NCBI RefSeq assembly: GCF_003428155.1
Contig: NZ_QLIR01000010.1
Location: 1 to 32,000, forward strand
Reading direction: 5' to 3'
From: Fastidiosibacter lacustris
Lineage (GTDB): Bacteria > Pseudomonadota > Gammaproteobacteria > Francisellales > Francisellaceae
DNA: 32,000 nt
Shown here: positions 28,207 to 32,000 of the stretch, in pieces
Layout: each line of letters begins with the position of its first letter
How positions within the stretch are numbered: position 1 is the stretch's first letter
Notes under the pieces: model-generated
What the model was told of the DNA's origin: nothing
The model's database searches: none
Seen by the model: only the letters and a program-made list of their open reading frames with translations
Position numbers and translations under genes: made by a program

Positions 28207-29458
28207 TTTTATTATTTTTATATGCGCACAAAATTTCTCGGTCATTGCATTTAGATTTTTTCAGCTTCTTTTAGCTTGGGTGACATTAGCGCAGACACAT
28301 TCTGGTTATCTTTTGGGCGTGGTTGTGACTGTATCCTGGATTGCGAATATTATATTTTTGCCATTTTCTGGTTACTGCTTAGATCGATATAAAAAGGGAT
28401 TAGTAATTTTTCTTGCTAACTTTGTTTCATTGATATTGATTTTAATGTTTTTTATCAATTTGATATGTTTTTCTTATAATTTGATGATTGTTATTCTGAT
28501 AACCATAATACTAAGTGTCGCAGATTCAATTCTTTTGTCGGCGCCTAACACAATTATTCCCTTTATTGTTGAAAAAGAGAAGATAAGTAAGTTTACTGGT
28601 TTTTGGGGCAGTATTGCTTCTTTACAAACAATTATCGGTGCACTGGCTGGTGGAAGTACAATGGCTCTGTTTGGTGACAAATTATCAATCTTGATAATTG
28701 CTTGTTTATATTTTGTTGCTCTGATTTTTAGTTTTATTTTAATGAAAAATAAATTACTACTACATGCATCTATTGCTAAAGGGCAGGAATTTTATCAGCA
28801 GCTATTAAAAGGTTTTAGTGTTTTAGTCAAATTAACTCCTGAGCGTACGTTATGTCTTATTGGTATAACGGGTAATTTTGTAGTGACGCCACTTTTAATG
28901 ATCCTACTACCTGTATATATACAGATATTCTTAAACCTATCAATTATATATCTCGCAATCATGGAGATTTGCTTTGGCTTAGGTTTATTGATAACGAGCA
29001 TGCTTGTAGGGAAGCTGCTTTCAAAAGATGTGAAGAGGCTAACTTTAATTTTAACTGGAAATACCCTTACAGCAATTAGCATCATGTTATTCCCTGTGGT
29101 CAGTTTTTTATACTTGAAACTGCTCTTGCTTTTTCTTATTGGAAGCGGTCTCGCACTGAATAACATTTCAACGAGTTCTCTACGTGCATTAGCTGTGCCG
29201 GATGATATTAGAGGAAGACTTGAGTCGGCTATCTATTTTTTTTGTATTTTATCCATCCCCGCTGGTAGTTATACCTTTGGGATATTCACTCAAACAAAGC
29301 AGAGTCAACAGATCACTGTCATTATGATTATTATGGGCAGCATGATTTTATTCTCATTACTATTTATTCTGCTATCGCCACTGACATATAAAACCTTATT
29401 ATGTAAAGACAGAGACCTTAAAAATTATTACAAAAGAAGGTTTCCAAATATCCTTTAA
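28190..29458 (+). CDS. Major facilitator superfamily transporter
   Basis: 422 aa, about 12 hydrophobic helices; WVTLAQTHSGYLLGVVVTVSWIANIIFLPFSGYCLDRYKKGLVI (MFS motif A-like); start overlaps the preceding ORF by 17 nt. Confidence 0.85.
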   Translation: MKSMNNFIIFICAQNFSVIAFRFFQLLLAWVTLAQTHSGYLLGVVVTVSWIANIIFLPFSGYCLDRYKKGLVIFLANFVSLILILMFFINLICFSYNLMIVILITIILSVADSILLSAPNTIIPFIVEKEKISKFTGFWGSIASLQTIIGALAGGSTMALFGDKLSILIIACLYFVALIFSFILMKNKLLLHASIAKGQEFYQQLLKGFSVLVKLTPERTLCLIGITGNFVVTPLLMILLPVYIQIFLNLSIIYLAIMEICFGLGLLITSMLVGKLLSKDVKRLTLILTGNTLTAISIMLFPVVSFLYLKLLLLFLIGSGLALNNISTSSLRALAVPDDIRGRLESAIYFFCILSIPAGSYTFGIFTQTKQSQQITVIMIIMGSMILFSLLFILLSPLTYKTLLCKDRDLKNYYKRRFPNIL

Positions 29459-29486
29459 TAATTTAAGAGTAAGAGGGAGTGAAGAA

Positions 29487-30533
29487 ATGATCAATGTAGC
29501 CGAAATAAATTGGGCAAAACCTTCGAATTATAATGCCAGTCAACTAATTCATCTTAATAATCAAGAAGCTATAGAAAGTCTAATTTACCTGTCAGAGTTT
29601 ATTGAAGTAGATGTTAAACTACTCAATACTCTGAGCATAGATCGCTTTAAAAATAAGTTATATAAACACATGCCTCAATTATATATTACTCATGAAGCTG
29701 TTAAAACCGCAGTTGAAGATGGTGAGCTTAATTTAGCCAAAAACTACATTACATCGTTTATCAACCTGATCAATAAACCTACTAAAGATAAGTCACAATC
29801 TTCATGTAGAATATTAAGATATAGTTCAGGATATAATAAAGTGTTAATGGGTGCAGTTATTAATATTACTGGACGTGATCGTAAAACTACTTACAAAAAT
29901 AATTACAGAGGAGAACAAACTGTCATAAATGTTCCTACTGAAAGTCAATTTATAGTGACCAGCAATATAGTAAAGCAAGTATTTTCAATCCTAGAAAGAA
30001 TTGAACCTATTCATTACGATGAGATTAATACTGTAGTAAATGAAATTATTGTGATTGAGTCTAATGGCATAAATGCAGCTACTTATCTTAACCATTTGGG
30101 AGCAATTTATATTAGAGCTTACAAAGAAAAAACTGAGCATTGGTCAAGAATTGTAGAACATATTACTCATGAAGCCGCTCATAACTTACTCTATCATATT
30201 TGGTTTAGGGAAAGAATTCTGATTGATGACAATGGATTATTCTATACTCCTTTTCGCCTGGACTACAGACCAATTAGTGGCGTTTTTCACGCGATGTTTG
30301 TATTAGCCAGAACTATATACACATTTAATTATTTACTCCAAGCAGAAATAAGTAACTTATCTTACGAAGATATTAGTAGCCATTATAATGAAGCCAATAA
30401 TACACTGAAATTTAAGGAAAAATTTCGACAGACAGTAAATGTATTAAATAGCTCAAAGAAATTGACTGTATTTGGAGAAAAAATAATTAATGATTGTATT
30501 GAATTAGTACATAAATGTCACATTGGAATATAG
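29487..30533 (+). CDS. HExxH-motif protein resembling the putative alpha-ketoglutarate-dependent peptide beta-hydroxylase (mod_HExxH) family
   Basis: 348 aa; IVEHITHEAAHNLLYHIWFRERILIDDNGLFYTPFRLDYRPISGVFHAMFVLARTIYTFNYL. HEAAH is encoded at 30168..30182, followed by the family-like FR-D-RP-SGVFHA-FV-AR segment. Confidence 0.72.
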   Translation: MINVAEINWAKPSNYNASQLIHLNNQEAIESLIYLSEFIEVDVKLLNTLSIDRFKNKLYKHMPQLYITHEAVKTAVEDGELNLAKNYITSFINLINKPTKDKSQSSCRILRYSSGYNKVLMGAVINITGRDRKTTYKNNYRGEQTVINVPTESQFIVTSNIVKQVFSILERIEPIHYDEINTVVNEIIVIESNGINAATYLNHLGAIYIRAYKEKTEHWSRIVEHITHEAAHNLLYHIWFRERILIDDNGLFYTPFRLDYRPISGVFHAMFVLARTIYTFNYLLQAEISNLSYEDISSHYNEANNTLKFKEKFRQTVNVLNSSKKLTVFGEKIINDCIELVHKCHIGI

Positions 30534-30740
30534 CTATAGCTATGCCTGGAATTTTTAGGCTAGAGCTAGCTTAGATAATCCCAAACCACAAGAAAAACGA
30601 CCGTTTTCTTGGCGGTCCAAAAATTTGTATATCTAAGTGTAAAATCAGCAAGTAAACTCATTGTGAAATTCAACATTAATTTGTATTATCAGATTTATAT
30701 TTATTAGAGTTCTTTATCATGCCTAGAAATATTTTTAAAT

Positions 30741-32000
30741 TCAAATCCCGGATATAGTCATAGGCATCTGATTATTCATTTTGCTTTGACGTATAACACC
30801 CTTTGTTTTATCTGACAAATCAATATGAGTAAGTGCTAGATCATATAACGATGCGGTTAGAAGTCGTCCTTCATACATTGAAAACGCCTTACAAATCGCA
30901 TTTTGCATGATTTCTTTTATGTCCTTAAAAACATATTCAACTGATATTCTATCCTTTGGTGTTGACATCATAGTATAAAATGTGCGTGCCATCCCCATAT
31001 TTGCTAGAAAATCAGGAATAACAGCAAGTTTAGCATCTAAAGATTGTGAACATAAACCATAGCAATATTCTCTTTCCACAAATGGATGATTTGCTCCACA
31101 TGAAATGAGCTCCAAACCATTTGTTATCATTTTATCAACTAAATTTTTCGCGATTATGTTTGATCCTGCCGCAGGAATAAGGACATCTATTTTTGTTATC
31201 GCTAGGATTTTATTAAATTCAGCATGAGACATATTATCTGGCAAAACCTTTAACACACGCCTTGCGCACACAAGATCATTAATTTGTTTGGCACTTAAAC
31301 CGTCATTCATAATCACACCAGCATCACGATCTGTCAGCGCAATGATTTTCGCTCCCGCTTGATGCAAATAGTAGGCAGCAGCAGCGCCAACATTACCTGC
31401 TCCTTGTACGTAGATACGCTTATTGTTCACATGCTCATTTTTTGCTTGATAATAAGCAATAACCGTCTGTGCAACGCCATAACCCGTAACCATTTCTGCT
31501 AACTTTACTTCACTTTCTGCAACCTTAACCACTGAATTTAATAGCAACATGTTTTGGTAAGCAGTTTGAGTTTTTATTTCATCACCCTTACAAAACGCAT
31601 GAATAATACCTTGTTGAGAGTTATCAAGACCTAAGCCACGTAAGATCTGATTAATTTTATGAATATCAGTGTTTAAGTCACTACCTGTTCCATAGTACTC
31701 AGCTAAAAGTGGACGAATAGCTTTATACCAACGCTCAAGCACACCATATTTATCTGGGCAATCAGGATCAAGTCGAATACCTGTTTTAGCGCCACCAATG
31801 GCAGGACCAGATAATGCAAATTTTATTTCCATAATTTTAGCAAGGGTTGTTACTTCTTCTAACGTGATACGCTCATGCACACGTGTACCACCACCTGCTG
31901 CATTGCCACGTAAAGAGTTAATTACTAAAAAACCATGCGCAGAAGACTTCTTATCTCTCCATTGAAATGTAATTTCTGGTTCTTGTTGTGAAAATTGTTC
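30741..32000 (-). CDS. Glu/Leu/Phe/Val dehydrogenase family protein, 5' end beyond window
   Basis: The track ORF starts at an internal GTG (31880), but the frame is open to 32000 (EQFSQQEPEITFQWRDKKSSAHGFLVINSLRGNAAGGGTRVHERITLEEV). GPAIGGAKTGIRLDP glycine-rich/catalytic region, YVQGAGNVGAAAAYYLHQAGAKI NAD-binding fold. Confidence 0.88.
   Translation of the reverse strand, partial: EQFSQQEPEITFQWRDKKSSAHGFLVINSLRGNAAGGGTRVHERITLEEVTTLAKIMEIKFALSGPAIGGAKTGIRLDPDCPDKYGVLERWYKAIRPLLAEYYGTGSDLNTDIHKINQILRGLGLDNSQQGIIHAFCKGDEIKTQTAYQNMLLLNSVVKVAESEVKLAEMVTGYGVAQTVIAYYQAKNEHVNNKRIYVQGAGNVGAAAAYYLHQAGAKIIALTDRDAGVIMNDGLSAKQINDLVCARRVLKVLPDNMSHAEFNKILAITKIDVLIPAAGSNIIAKNLVDKMITNGLELISCGANHPFVEREYCYGLCSQSLDAKLAVIPDFLANMGMARTFYTMMSTPKDRISVEYVFKDIKEIMQNAICKAFSMYEGRLLTASLYDLALTHIDLSDKTKGVIRQSKMNNQMPMTISGI

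Noticed and set aside
28474-29166. Minus-strand ORFs 28474..28680 and 28795..29166
   Set aside because: Antisense to the MFS gene, no family resemblance; not considered as extra cassette genes.
29487-30533. Interpretation of the HEAAH protein as a secreted metallopeptidase
   Set aside because: No signal peptide, and the downstream FR-DYRP-SGVFHA-FV-AR segment fits the peptide-modification family better; still needs an HMM check.
1-32000. CRISPR arrays, retrons, toxin-antitoxin pairs, IS elements, integrase/att sites
   Set aside because: No regularly spaced direct repeats, reverse transcriptase, transposase or integrase ORFs were seen by eye; a formal repeat search was not possible here.

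Overview
AT-rich gammaproteobacterial chromosomal window, Legionellales-like by gene style (inference). Most of it is housekeeping and envelope genes: a GspH/FimT pseudopilin, tRNA-Lys(UUU), a small superinfection-immunity-like membrane protein, uvrD, mpl, hldE, lpxH, fmt, a FecCD-type permease, minCDE directly followed by an mlaFEDCB-ibaG run, a MAPEG-like protein, a ROK kinase, rpsA, tusE, a flippase, a class I aminotransferase, a BarA/LetS-type hybrid kinase, a SseA-like sulfurtransferase and a Glu/Leu/Phe/Val dehydrogenase cut by the window end. The most interesting segment is about 27.1-30.5 kb. It holds a 39-codon ORF missing from the supplied track (27217..27336, MMEDKNVTEKPVQKKKKLDHNKIFAITRKGSPVLRSVIN) with a good Shine-Dalgarno and a plausible promoter. 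The ORF is followed by a hairpin/T-tract attenuator-like element and then an FkbM-like methyltransferase-fold protein, an overlapping MFS exporter and a HExxH protein resembling the putative peptide beta-hydroxylase (mod_HExxH) family. I interpret this as a compact candidate RiPP (ribosomally made, modified peptide) biosynthesis/export operon with no radical SAM, YcaO, lanthionine synthetase or C39 peptidase in view. A decayed metC/metB-type pseudogene lies a little upstream.
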